Virus record (IMG/VR): IMGVR_UViG_3300032731_000668
Location: 128,001 to 168,212 of that record
Strand: one strand, 5' to 3'
Length of the DNA: 40,212 nucleotides
DNA from: a virus
Taxonomy: Duplodnaviria > Heunggongvirae > Uroviricota > Caudoviricetes
Part shown: positions 1-9,890 of the stretch, piece after piece
Layout of the letters: every line of letters begins with the position of its first letter
How positions within the stretch are numbered: position 1 is the first letter of the stretch
Made by a program: the position numbers and the translations under genes
Notes under the pieces: model-generated
Told to the model about the DNA's origin: nothing
The model's input: only the letters and a program-made list of their open reading frames with translations
Databases searched by the model: none

Positions 1-3000
1 ACTTATCAAGAGAAATATAAGTACCTGTAATTTTATTTTGATACATTTCTCTATTGTTATACCATCTTCTTTGATAGTCTGATTGTTTTCCCGTAAGGTC
101 GGCAGAAGCGGCAGCCATGGCATTGGCGGCAGCAGAACCATAACTATTTGCCGAATTAGTTGCATTATTCCATTTTTGCGCAAGATCATCTATGCCTGAC
201 CCATACTGTCTATTCCATTCCATCAAATTATTATAAAATTCTTGATTTCTACTTTCTAATAATGAAATAGCTTCTGCGCGAATAGCCCCTTCTCTTTTTA
301 AATAATCATCAAGAGCATCGATTTTCTTACTTAATTGATCTTCATATCTATCATACTCTTCATCCAATGCATCTTTTTGAATATCTACACTTCTATCGGC
401 CTGAAATTGATCTATTTCAGTGATTTTCTTAGCTTTTTCATCTTCAAGTTCAAGTCGACGTCTTTTAGCTTCATCACTATTATCAAATTGTATTTGTAAT
501 AATTCATTTTCAATATCAGATAAATCTTCATTCTTTTCAGCAAGTTCATCCTGATATTTATCTTCTTCTTGCATTTGATCGAGTATTTTTTTCTTTGCAT
601 CTATAATTTTTTTATAACCATCAAGTTGTGCTTTTAATGCATCTTTTTGATCGTTTGCTTGTTGTTTAAGCATTGAAATAGTGTCTTTGAGAAGATCATT
701 ATAAGTTTTTTGGGCATCACTAACGCCACTAACTCCAGCAGATACTTTTGGCAACCAAAACGACGTACTTTTAACTTGTGTTAAATACCCCTTAGCTAAC
801 GCCAACATTCTTTGTAGTGCAACATTTTCAGTATCAAGAGCAAGTGCATGTTCCGCCGCTTTAAATGCCGCTTGTGCTTTTTCTACAACCAATGCTTTTA
901 ATGCTTGAATATTTAGATAAACCAATCCAGTTGTTTGATCAATCATCATGGCTTCTTGGTATTCTAATGGGAACATTGTTTGAAGCGACTGAGCCTGTTC
1001 TATGGTCATGCCATTAAGTTCATCGTAGCCATTTATAAGATCACGAACCGCAGTTGCATTTTGATAAATAGCATCCATATGAGCAAGAAGTGATTCGGGG
1101 CTTGCAGCCTGTTCCATTTCTTCGCCAATATTTGCGGCAGCTATGGCTAAATCATTTGCATATAGTAAAACTTCTGTTAATAAAGTTTTTCCGTCTTCGG
1201 CAGAATCTATAATCATTTGCATAAAAGCATTGGATGCAACTTCGCCTTCTTTTTGAGCAACCATGTATAATTCTGTAAGCATTTGTATAGTTTCAGTTTT
1301 TATATTTTGTTGTTCTTTTAATTGAGACTGTAAATCTTTTTCATATCCGGTTTGAAAATCGCCTTGATATGCTCTACTTTTACCGAATTCTCCGGCAATT
1401 TCAATTGAACCAACTAGTTTTACTTCTTTTTTAGTAGCTAAATTATATGCTTCAATAGATAACTGAGCTTGTCTTTCTTTATCTAATACTAATTGATCTT
1501 TTGCCAACTGAATTTCTATCATTCTTTGCTTGTTTAATTCGGTTAAATTAATTCCAGCCGTTAAAATAAAGTTGCCTTGTTCGTCATAGAATCCAGAAAT
1601 GTTTGGCATTAATGCTTTTAATTCATTTTGTAAATCATAAAATCTTTGTTGTTCTTCATTATTTCTATTAGTATTATTTCTTAAATTTTCAAATTCATCA
1701 CTTAGTTCTTCAACTCTTTTGATGATACCACTCAAACCAGAAATAGTTGATTCTGTTGCCGATATTGATTTATTAACTTCATTTATACTATCAACATTCT
1801 TTTGAATTGTTCTATCTAATGATCCAGACAAATAGATTAATCCACCTATCGCGGCAGTTATAGCAACAATTGCAAGCGCATATGGATTCCAAAGAGCTGC
1901 CCCCAACGCCCCAGCTTTTGTTAAACCTCCCGCTAATCCCGACAAGTTGGCGGCAAAAGACGCTTTAGGAATAGTTGATAAAAGTGCAATAACTACAGTT
2001 AAGACAGGAATAAGTCCCCCCATAGCCGCAATTAGATTATATATGCCAGTCGTTGCATTTATACTCCATTTTACTAAACCAGAACTAATAGTAGTCTGCC
2101 ACATTCTTTCTAAAGCAGCGGCATTTTTATTGGCAGTAGCCTCTATGCTTCCAAGATATATTTCGTATCTTTGTAATGCCAATCCTGCCGAATTTAATTC
2201 TACTGCCTGTGCTATCAAAACTTCGTTATAATTATTCATTAAAACTAAGAAGTTTTCTCTTTGGCGAATACCGGCAATAGTAGTTGCAAGAGCACTTTGT
2301 TCTGTAGTACTCAAAGTAGACCATTTTGAGGATATCTCGTCTAGTACATCTCCCATAGGTCTAAATGTATCACTTGTTTCTCTAAGTGTTATATCTACTA
2401 ATGATAAAGCTTTTTCAACATCGTTTATATTGGTTGCTTCATCTTCAAACATTTTTCCTAATTTGATGTTTTGCATTCTCGCAAACATAGTTCGAAGGGA
2501 TGTGCCAATAGATTCTCCCGATTGTCTTGTTATTGAACTGATAACTGTGATATATGATGCTAATTCATCAAAACTAACTCCCGCTTGTTGTGCAGAGTTA
2601 CTTGATTTTTGAAGAGCTTCTGCTATTTCTGCAACACTTGTAGCATAATCATTATCCAAAGCTACTAATTTATCTATAACCGTAGTTGCATCTTCGGCTT
2701 CAAGTTTAAAACCATTTAAAGTTGAAGTAAGATATTCTGTTGATTGCGCTGCCTCTACATTGCCTAGTTTGCTCATCATTATAGAAGCTTTTGTTAATTC
2801 AACCGCTTCTTGAGCAGTTTTACCTTGTCTAAACCATTCCAAACTACCTTTGGCAATTTCTAGAGTAGTGGCGCCCATTTGTTGAGCCAAGTCACTATAG
2901 TCAGTGATTAAGGATTTGATTTGTTTGCCATTCATTCCGGTAACAATTTGAATATTTGTCATTTCTTTATTCAAATCTTTGACATACTGAATTCCTTCTT

Positions 3001-3484
3001 TTAAAGCGCGTAAAGTTCCATAAATTACGCCAGTGACAAGACCCCACTGCACAACCTTGCGAAAAGCAACACCTAGATCTTTGATAAGTCCTTGTCCATC
3101 TTTTTGAAGATTTTGAAATGAAGTGTTTGCTTTTTTTACCGAACTAGTTACAGTAGTAAAAGCTGTATTAATTTCATAAACGCCTTCGGCTGTTTTCTGA
3201 TAATGCGCAAAAAGAGGTTCCAACTTGTCTAGTTCTTTTTGTACTTCCGGCATAGCGGCTGCCGCTGGATGCAGTGTTTTTATGTCTTTTATTCTATTGC
3301 GCCACCGAGTCATTTGTTGTTCTATATGTTCGGTGTCAAGTTTTAATTTTATCCCTGTTTTAGTAGTTCCTGCGCTGGATAATTTTTTATTGGCTTTATT
3401 CTGTACTTCTGCAATTTGTTTTAAAAGGTCAGCGTCAGCTAATTTAGCATAAATCAATACTTCATATCTATTTGGTGTTGCCAT
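1..3484 (-). CDS. Phage tail tape measure protein (TP901/SPbeta YomI-like), 3' end outside window
   Basis: Absent from the ORF track because it has no stop in the window. ATG at 3482-3484 follows AGGAGG and translates MATPNRYEVLIYAKL...DLAQQMGATTLEIAKGSLEWFRQG...STLNGFKLEAEDATTVIDKLVALDNDYATS...SGESIGTSLRTMFARM, a typical TMP core. The same frame is still open at position 1; I did not check every codon in between. Confidence 0.92.
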   Translation of the reverse strand, partial: MATPNRYEVLIYAKLADADLLKQIAEVQNKANKKLSSAGTTKTGIKLKLDTEHIEQQMTRWRNRIKDIKTLHPAAAAMPEVQKELDKLEPLFAHYQKTAEGVYEINTAFTTVTSSVKKANTSFQNLQKDGQGLIKDLGVAFRKVVQWGLVTGVIYGTLRALKEGIQYVKDLNKEMTNIQIVTGMNGKQIKSLITDYSDLAQQMGATTLEIAKGSLEWFRQGKTAQEAVELTKASIMMSKLGNVEAAQSTEYLTSTLNGFKLEAEDATTVIDKLVALDNDYATSVAEIAEALQKSSNSAQQAGVSFDELASYITVISSITRQSGESIGTSLRTMFARMQNIKLGKMFEDEATNINDVEKALSLVDITLRETSDTFRPMGDVLDEISSKWSTLSTTEQSALATTIAGIRQRENFLVLMNNYNEVLIAQAVELNSAGLALQRYEIYLGSIEATANKNAAALERMWQTTISSGLVKWSINATTGIYNLIAAMGGLIPVLTVVIALLSTIPKASFAANLSGLAGGLTKAGALGAALWNPYALAIVAITAAIGGLIYLSGSLDRTIQKNVDSINEVNKSISATESTISGLSGIIKRVEELSDEFENLRNNTNRNNEEQQRFYDLQNELKALMPNISGFYDEQGNFILTAGINLTELNKQRMIEIQLAKDQLVLDKERQAQLSIEAYNLATKKEVKLVGSIEIAGEFGKSRAYQGDFQTGYEKDLQSQLKEQQNIKTETIQMLTELYMVAQKEGEVASNAFMQMIIDSAEDGKTLLTEVLLYANDLAIAAANIGEEMEQAASPESLLAHMDAIYQNATAVRDLINGYDELNGMTIEQAQSLQTMFPLEYQEAMMIDQTTGLVYLNIQALKALVVEKAQAAFKAAEHALALDTENVALQRMLALAKGYLTQVKSTSFWLPKVSAGVSGVSDAQKTYNDLLKDTISMLKQQANDQKDALKAQLDGYKKIIDAKKKILDQMQEEDKYQDELAEKNEDLSDIENELLQIQFDNSDEAKRRRLELEDEKAKKITEIDQFQADRSVDIQKDALDEEYDRYEDQLSKKIDALDDYLKREGAIRAEAISLLESRNQEFYNNLMEWNRQYGSGIDDLAQKWNNATNSANSYGSAAANAMAAASADLTGKQSDYQRRWYNNREMYQNKITGTYISLDK

Positions 3485-3524
3485 AGTTAGCCTGCCTCCT
3501 TTTATAAAGAATTAGTATTGATAT

Positions 3525-4544
3525 TTAAATATCATTATCCAAAGAATCTTTTAATTTGTCTAAATCCTTCCATTCTCTATCCTTTGCTGAAAGGTCGTTA
3601 TAAATCTTATACATCTCTACCGAAGACCAGCCCATCAGTTCTATAATAAGATCTGCATTAATTCCTATCCGAGAAAGATATGTAACGATAAAATGTCTCG
3701 AACAATGAGGATAAAAAGGTATTTCTAGATACTTTTCTATTCGAACACACCAACTACGAACAGTACTTTCCTTCGCAATATCTCCATTATTTTTGATAAA
3801 AATAGAATTATGTTCTTTATTATTTTTTAACATTATCTTTTGTCTCTCAATAAGCCAGCGCCCATAATGTGGTAAAAATATATCTTTGACAATATATTTC
3901 TTGAGCATCTTACCGTTTTTTGTTCTGCCTTTTGTCTTTATTGCTTGAGTTGTTTCCAAAAAAATATCGTTGAATACTAGATTATTCTCATCAATAATAT
4001 CTGTGGTGAATCTTAATAATTCAGCAAAACGTGCCCCTGAACCAATAGCTAAACTTAGCCAACAAACCAATTGCCATTCTTTCTTTTCAGAAAAATGTCT
4101 AAGTAAATCCCATACTTGTTCTTCTGTTAAAATGGTTTTCTCGCGCCTTATTTCTTTAGGCATTGAATCTACTGCGCGAAGTACAATATTCCTAAAATCC
4201 GTATACACGTCGTCGTAAAACTTTTCAATAAAGTTACTAAAAGACGATAAGGTAGATTTAGTTCTAGCAAATTTTGCGCTCCCCCACCTCAACTCTTCAG
4301 TAGCATAAGAAAAGAAATTTGAAAACTCAATTTTTCGAATGTCTGTAAACAACTTGTTTTCGCAATGCTGTAATAACCATGTAAAGAATATTAATAAGTC
4401 AGAACGATAATTTTTTATTGTTAAATCAGCACATCTAATGCCCTTTTCTCTCAGAAAACCTTCCATTAACGAAATATTTTTAGGATTAATTTTTGAGATT
4501 AATTCATTGCTAGTAATAATTTTTTTAAATGTTTTTCTAGGCAT
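3525..4544 (-). CDS. Tyrosine recombinase/integrase-family protein (YomM-like position next to TMP)
   Basis: Catalytic set GARFAE (R), KTKG (K), HCSRH (HxxR), MGW and YKIY (Y); probable N-terminal SAM-like core-binding region (TIKNYRSDL). Confidence 0.88.
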   Translation of the reverse strand: MPRKTFKKIITSNELISKINPKNISLMEGFLREKGIRCADLTIKNYRSDLLIFFTWLLQHCENKLFTDIRKIEFSNFFSYATEELRWGSAKFARTKSTLSSFSNFIEKFYDDVYTDFRNIVLRAVDSMPKEIRREKTILTEEQVWDLLRHFSEKKEWQLVCWLSLAIGSGARFAELLRFTTDIIDENNLVFNDIFLETTQAIKTKGRTKNGKMLKKYIVKDIFLPHYGRWLIERQKIMLKNNKEHNSIFIKNNGDIAKESTVRSWCVRIEKYLEIPFYPHCSRHFIVTYLSRIGINADLIIELMGWSSVEMYKIYNDLSAKDREWKDLDKLKDSLDNDI

Positions 4545-4558
4545 TAAACAATCTCCTT

Positions 4559-5017
4559 TTATATAATCCCCGCCTCAATGAAATAGCATAATCCCACCGC
4601 AAAACTATCGCTTTGGTCGTCGTTTTCAAATGACACACTATATTTTTTTTCAATAATTCCCCGTAATTCAGCCTTCTTCATGTGTCCGTGTCCACCTACT
4701 ATTTTTTTTATTGTTGCTGGCGAATAATATATCGTTTTACAGTCATGAAATATATAATTTGCTACACCTATTGTTTTAAACAAGGCTTGTGTTGAATTAT
4801 TGTATCTGGTGAAACCCCTTTCAAAAACCGCTACATCAATATCATATTGATGTCGTAGATCCGATAAAACATCTGCAATAATTTTTAGCCTTTCACCATG
4901 TGAATTTTTACTTTTTGTAGCTATACTGCCTATTTTTAAAGGATTTCCTTTCGTATCAAAAACACAATATCCTGTATTTGACAAACTTGTATCTAATGAT
5001 ATTACATATTTTTCCAT
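4559..5017 (-). CDS. ruvC: RuvC-like Holliday junction resolvase
   Basis: ISLDTSLSNTGY (D), VFERGF (E), PATIKKIVGGHG..KK, DDQSDSFAVG (D/D); 152 aa. Confidence 0.85.
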   Translation of the reverse strand: MEKYVISLDTSLSNTGYCVFDTKGNPLKIGSIATKSKNSHGERLKIIADVLSDLRHQYDIDVAVFERGFTRYNNSTQALFKTIGVANYIFHDCKTIYYSPATIKKIVGGHGHMKKAELRGIIEKKYSVSFENDDQSDSFAVGLCYFIEAGII

Positions 5018-5070
5018 AAAATCCCTCTTTTATTGTGTTTTGTCATAAGTTTTACACATTGATAAAATGC

Positions 5071-5107
5071 AAAAAAAAGAGGACACCTAAATAATTTAAG
5101 TATCCTC
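5071..5107 (-). terminator. Intrinsic terminator after holin-like gene
   Basis: Minus strand GAGGATAC-TTAAATTATTTAG-GTGTCCTC followed by a T8-9 tract. Confidence 0.6.
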
Positions 5108-5152
5108 CAATTTTTTTGTTTTTATTGAATTTATTTATTGGGCGATACGAAA

Positions 5153-5410
5153 TTATTCTCCTACAATTGCTTCGCCAACAGTATATCCAATAGCACTCGC
5201 AACAATAGAATAGACTGCTGCAACAACTATAATAACCAACTGAGGTGCTTCAAAACTAAATTCCGCCAATAAAGCAATAGCCATCGCTCCTAAAGCCGAG
5301 AGGACAATATTTGCTATACGAGCATGATCACCTGTGACAATAATCCCAACCTTTTTTAATAACTCAACTAATAGTCCGACTATCGCCGGAAGGCTCAATC
5401 CAAATAACAT
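5153..5410 (-). CDS. Small membrane protein, probable holin
   Basis: 85 aa, about three hydrophobic segments, LVELLKK motif, AAGGAG RBS, late-operon location. Confidence 0.6.
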   Translation of the reverse strand: MLFGLSLPAIVGLLVELLKKVGIIVTGDHARIANIVLSALGAMAIALLAEFSFEAPQLVIIVVAAVYSIVASAIGYTVGEAIVGE

Positions 5411-5434
5411 TTTTAAATCTCCTTTTTATTTTAA

Positions 5435-5935
5435 TTATTTTTTTATACTTATAATCCCGCGCCTTATAAAAGCCTCTTCAATAAACTTATTTCCATTTTT
5501 ATTTAATTCTTTTATAAACGGCTCCCAAAAATCTCGTGGTTCTCGCCAAAATCCCTTTTTTCCAAACCTCGGTCCACTTTTCCCCTCAATAATAATTTCT
5601 GCAAGAATATCTCTTATATCATTTCGATACCAATCATTACTTCCATGAACATAATTATCTACATCGAGTTTCATTGACATAGGATCATGATCAATTTTAG
5701 AATTTACGGCTAATCCAGCGGTTTGCGCATCTTCTTTTTCGAAACTTCCTTGCAAACCACCGTCCATACGGTTTCTTTTATACGTTGTTGGTTCTCCTGC
5801 ACCATAAACTATTGTTTCAATGGAGTCCTGCAGGTTCTTTAATAATTTTTCTGTAACTTCATCGATAATACTATTTAAATCATTTATCATTACTTGTTGT
5901 AACTGCATATCATTAGTAATAGCCATAATAATCAA
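5435..5935 (-). CDS. Hypothetical virion morphogenesis protein (possible tail-completion/neck)
   Basis: 166-aa ORF in tail module; YKR..GGL and PRDFWE segments are reminiscent of HK97 gp10-like proteins. Confidence 0.45.
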   Translation of the reverse strand: MIIMAITNDMQLQQVMINDLNSIIDEVTEKLLKNLQDSIETIVYGAGEPTTYKRNRMDGGLQGSFEKEDAQTAGLAVNSKIDHDPMSMKLDVDNYVHGSNDWYRNDIRDILAEIIIEGKSGPRFGKKGFWREPRDFWEPFIKELNKNGNKFIEEAFIRRGIISIKK

Positions 5936-6132
5936 TCCATATAGTTAACCCTTTTATGTTTTTTTTTAGCTCCAGTATATTTTAAATATTCACATATTTC
6001 ACATTCTATAAACTGTTCAATATATGCGAATCCCTTTTTTTCAGTTGTATAACCAACTATATTTAAACTTGCCCCACACTCAGGACATTTTTTATGTAGT
6101 CTTTTTTGAATACGTCTTTTTTTGTATGACAT
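5932..6132 (-). CDS. Small zinc-ribbon protein
   Basis: CPEC...CEIC; basic termini; overlaps downstream gene by 4 nt. Confidence 0.6.
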   Translation of the reverse strand: MSYKKRRIQKRLHKKCPECGASLNIVGYTTEKKGFAYIEQFIECEICEYLKYTGAKKKHKRVNYMD

Positions 6133-6144
6133 AACACAAATATC

Positions 6145-6672
6145 CTATGGTTTTTTATATTTTTCGTCAAAGTCTTGTGATACTTCCTGAAATTGTTTTA
6201 TAATTTTTTGAACACCTTCTGAAGATAAATCAATACCTTGAATAAACTCAAGAATCGCCATCGATAACTTATCAAAAGCAACTCCCATTGATTTTTCTGC
6301 AACTCTTTGTTCAGAACATAGTTTAATAATATTATATAGATCACCTTGTACTTCTTGATAATTAACTATTTTTGATTTAATTTTAACCCACATACCACTA
6401 CTAATAAAATCATTCATATCTAACTTCTCTACACTAATATTGGTGCAAAGATCAACAACACCCAACATTAATCCATAAAACGCATTTATATAATTATCAA
6501 CAAAATCATCTGAAGCAAAATATGAAGAAGCATAATTTTTAAATAATATCATTTTATTTTCTAATGATATATATGGATTTACTTTAATGTTTGGATTTCC
6601 CTCATCCATCATTTCTACCCATTTAATAGGTTTAAATTCTAGTTGAATCTTATCTCTAGTTTTTTTGGCCAT
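6145..6672 (-). CDS. Hypothetical protein (possible tail assembly chaperone)
   Basis: 175 aa, AAAGGA RBS, position downstream of major tail gene. Confidence 0.5.
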   Translation of the reverse strand: MAKKTRDKIQLEFKPIKWVEMMDEGNPNIKVNPYISLENKMILFKNYASSYFASDDFVDNYINAFYGLMLGVVDLCTNISVEKLDMNDFISSGMWVKIKSKIVNYQEVQGDLYNIIKLCSEQRVAEKSMGVAFDKLSMAILEFIQGIDLSSEGVQKIIKQFQEVSQDFDEKYKKP

Positions 6673-7354
6673 GATACGATCCTTTTATTTTTTTAGGCGG
6701 GGTTTTGTCCCCGCCCATTTTTATATTTTTTTTAACTTCATCCCCAACTGTAAATTTTATTTTAAATTCAGCATTATCATTTGATTCGGACTGTTTAATA
6801 AAATTATTGATTATTTCATCAGCAATTTTATCCGCTAACTCTTCGGCTGTCTCTTCAATGTTTTCTTTAACGCTTGTTTCAATAGGTTCTTTGATGTTTT
6901 TTTTTATGGGGAGTTCAATGTTTTTTTTAATAGATTGTTTGACCTTTTTCTTGATAGGTTTTTCAACTATTTCTTCAATAGGCTCTTTAACTGATTCCAC
7001 AACGACTTCTACAACAGGTGCTTCAATAATAGACTTTTCTATGGGGTCTTCGGTAATTTTTTCAATAACTTCTTCCACTATTTGCTCTGGTTCTTTTTCT
7101 TTACTACATTCACCAGGATTAGCAAGAATTTCTTGAATACGCTCATCCATACTTTTTTGTTGTTCAATGCTTTCCTCTGTTGAAAAATCAGGACAAGCGT
7201 TGCCGTATTTGTCTGTTTGAACTATATATGAGCGAGATTCAGCACACCATTTTGAATAACGACAATGATTTCCCTTATATTGTCCGTATTGGCAGATAAA
7301 ATAAATTCCACTTTGTCCAAGCGGACTTACCTGTTCACCATGTATACAAATCAT
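6656..7354 (-). CDS. Hypothetical protein, Cys-rich N-terminus and E/K/P/I low-complexity body
   Basis: Five spaced Cys in the first ~55 aa; repeated KEPIEE/EKPIKK-type motifs. Confidence 0.6.
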   Translation of the reverse strand: MICIHGEQVSPLGQSGIYFICQYGQYKGNHCRYSKWCAESRSYIVQTDKYGNACPDFSTEESIEQQKSMDERIQEILANPGECSKEKEPEQIVEEVIEKITEDPIEKSIIEAPVVEVVVESVKEPIEEIVEKPIKKKVKQSIKKNIELPIKKNIKEPIETSVKENIEETAEELADKIADEIINNFIKQSESNDNAEFKIKFTVGDEVKKNIKMGGDKTPPKKIKGSYHGQKN

Positions 7355-7367
7355 TATTTCTCTCTTT

Positions 7368-8429
7368 CTATGCAGTAATACTCACATAAACAGTATCAGT
7401 TATACTTCCCGAAGTTACATCCCAATAAGCTACACCAATAACCGCATCATCGCCATCGGCCATAAGTGAACCACTAACAGTCACCAAACCAGTTGCCGCA
7501 CCAACATCAATACATGTGGCAGAACTAGAACTACACCAAGACCCAGCCGTAAGTGAATAAACACAATCGGTTGTTACATCCGTAGTTGAATGTATTGGTC
7601 CACGATAACCAAGGACCGAGATTTGCTGTGTTGCACTTCCTGTCGCATCTGAAAAAGACATAGGCGATGGCGTAGCAGCAATAATAGTATATGGAGAAGT
7701 CGATGAGTCGACATTAATATATCTTGCTTTGTAGTAATAATCACCACTTGCACAGTCCGCCGAAGTTGAAAGCAAGGCTTTACCACTTAAAGTTTGTTTA
7801 CTAATATCGTTTGCCACCATAGATAGACTATAATTACCGTCCAATTTAAATTGGGGCACAATAACTTGGAAGTTTTGTATTACTGTTGTATGATCTTGAT
7901 CGTATACAGGTGCAGTCATAACTAATTCAACTACAGAAGGTTGTGTTGTCCCTTCAACCAATATTTGATCTGCCGCTGCTAAATAATCATAAACAGCATA
8001 TCCTTTTCTGTTAACACCTGCGGCTACTGTAATATTACTCCCACTAGGCGTTACTAAAACCGAAGCACCTGTGTCATCAAAGAAAAATGTTACATCACCA
8101 GTTGGAGTATTGTCGAGTTGTCCTGAGCCACTAGAAAGCACTAAACAATCTGTGGCGACAACTGAATAGTTGCCACTACTAACGTCAACGCCAGTCTGTA
8201 AGGCTAAAATCCAAGTATTCCACGTTGGCATCTCAATTGAAAATTCTACTGCTCGGTCTGTAGCATAAGTATAGAGTAGTTGATTACCTATGCCACCACG
8301 AGCCTCTACCGCCGACATTGTTTGAGTTAACGAAGTGGTGGTGTTAGTTCTGCCGTGAGCTATTGCTTCGTAAGTGGTTGCGTCGCGCAACACAACATCT
8401 GCAACAGACGTTTGAAATTTGTTTGTCAT
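7368..8429 (-). CDS. Major tail (tube) protein with C-terminal Ig-like extension
   Basis: 353 aa, S/T/G/V-rich beta composition, EARGGIGNQLLY motif, strong AAGGAG RBS, position in tail module. Confidence 0.65.
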   Translation of the reverse strand: MTNKFQTSVADVVLRDATTYEAIAHGRTNTTTSLTQTMSAVEARGGIGNQLLYTYATDRAVEFSIEMPTWNTWILALQTGVDVSSGNYSVVATDCLVLSSGSGQLDNTPTGDVTFFFDDTGASVLVTPSGSNITVAAGVNRKGYAVYDYLAAADQILVEGTTQPSVVELVMTAPVYDQDHTTVIQNFQVIVPQFKLDGNYSLSMVANDISKQTLSGKALLSTSADCASGDYYYKARYINVDSSTSPYTIIAATPSPMSFSDATGSATQQISVLGYRGPIHSTTDVTTDCVYSLTAGSWCSSSSATCIDVGAATGLVTVSGSLMADGDDAVIGVAYWDVTSGSITDTVYVSITA

Positions 8430-8502
8430 AAATTTATTCTCCTTTTTTAATTTTTTTTATTTTTACTGTCCCAATATTTGTTGATATTATTAAAATAAGA
8501 TA

Positions 8503-9303
8503 TTATTTAAAATAAGATGTATCTTCTTTAAATTCATCAACAGTCTGTAATATTTCGTCATATCTACCCCTAATTTTTAAATTCTTCATGTAATGCTTAA
8601 CATCATATTCTTTTCCTACCTCTGTCAACGGAATCGTTTGCATACGATATGTTTCAACTGCACCTTTGCTGTCCAATAAATTTTTCATTTGGAATAATGT
8701 GCAATCTTTTATTTCTTCCATTGTCTTATTAAATAATGCCGCAAATGAAAATATTTGATCACTAAAATTATATTTTTCAATGTTGCGCATTGCAAACTGT
8801 AAATCTTTTTCCAATTCCGGCCTATAGGCTTCTACATATTCAGTACTAGAACCGTTTTGTTGTAAAATAATATCTCGAATAATGCTAAAGTCTGCCTCTG
8901 TAAAAATTTCAGAATCCTCACCTATATATAGGCTGATAATTAAATTTTCTATTTGATCATCTATTCGATCATCTCTATTCCTGCTACTCAATTCTATATC
9001 TTCTACATCTGTTTTCGTAACATAAGCTAAAAATATTCTTAAATCTTCTCTAAAGTCTATATTTTCTTTATTTTCGCCCAGAAGATAGGGCAACACGTAA
9101 ATGAGAAATTTTAAGAAAGACATCTTGTATATTACAGGATTGTCATTTGTTGCTGATTTTGGATATGAAAATAATTTGTTAAATTCATTTATTTGTATTT
9201 CATCTGATATTTTTAATGGATGGAATTTAATACCTTTATAAGACTGGGGGAGTCCCCACACATCAGCGTTTTTTTTATAAATCTGGTCAAATTTATTAGT
9301 CAT
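8503..9303 (-). CDS. Hypothetical phage protein (tail module)
   Basis: 266-aa ORF translationally coupled to upstream gene (TAATG). Confidence 0.6.
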   Translation of the reverse strand: MTNKFDQIYKKNADVWGLPQSYKGIKFHPLKISDEIQINEFNKLFSYPKSATNDNPVIYKMSFLKFLIYVLPYLLGENKENIDFREDLRIFLAYVTKTDVEDIELSSRNRDDRIDDQIENLIISLYIGEDSEIFTEADFSIIRDIILQQNGSSTEYVEAYRPELEKDLQFAMRNIEKYNFSDQIFSFAALFNKTMEEIKDCTLFQMKNLLDSKGAVETYRMQTIPLTEVGKEYDVKHYMKNLKIRGRYDEILQTVDEFKEDTSYFK

Positions 9304-9869
9304 TATGTTATATTATTACCGAAGAGTATTCTTCGTCCTTTGAATGGTATGGTGCCTATCACCGTTGCGCCACATTGACGACTTGCCTTCCTGTCAAAAT
9401 AAAGTTTCCCAATGCCATCTATGTTGGCACCATTTAGAGAAGAAATTATTAGTTGGGTTATGGTGTCCGTTCTCGTTTGATATGAAGATAAAGTATTTAC
9501 CTTAAAATGTGAATAAATTTCTACAGCCAGTATGATTTTCCCAATTATATGATTTGTAGGTTCTAATAAAGCAGGCGAAACTCTTATTTGAGAAGACTCT
9601 ACCATCCATGGGTCTGATATTCCTATATCCATAAATACTCGATAATCAATTTCGTCTATTGAACCATCATATACCAGTGCGCCTTTTTGTACTCGTGTTA
9701 AGTCAGGATGAGCAGCATTATCTTTCCATGCGTTATTATCATTGTAATATAATAATTTCCAGAGAAGTTCTATATTTTCATCGTCAATCAAGTGAGATAT
9801 ACAACGATATGCAAATAAGGGAAAATCAGAATAATCATTATAAGAATATGTAGAATAATCAATAGACAT
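9303..9869 (-). CDS. Putative tail terminator/head-tail joining protein
   Basis: 188 aa, AAGGAG RBS, lies between head-closure-like gene and tail tube. Confidence 0.5.
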   Translation of the reverse strand: MSIDYSTYSYNDYSDFPLFAYRCISHLIDDENIELLWKLLYYNDNNAWKDNAAHPDLTRVQKGALVYDGSIDEIDYRVFMDIGISDPWMVESSQIRVSPALLEPTNHIIGKIILAVEIYSHFKVNTLSSYQTRTDTITQLIISSLNGANIDGIGKLYFDRKASRQCGATVIGTIPFKGRRILFGNNIT

Positions 9870-9890
9870 TTGTATCTCCTTTTATTTTAG

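Noticed and set aside
6656-6672. Tail-chaperone -1 frameshift at A-AAA-AAC in the gene overlap
   Set aside because: The -1 frame stops within a few codons; the downstream gene is in the +1 frame and has its own SD
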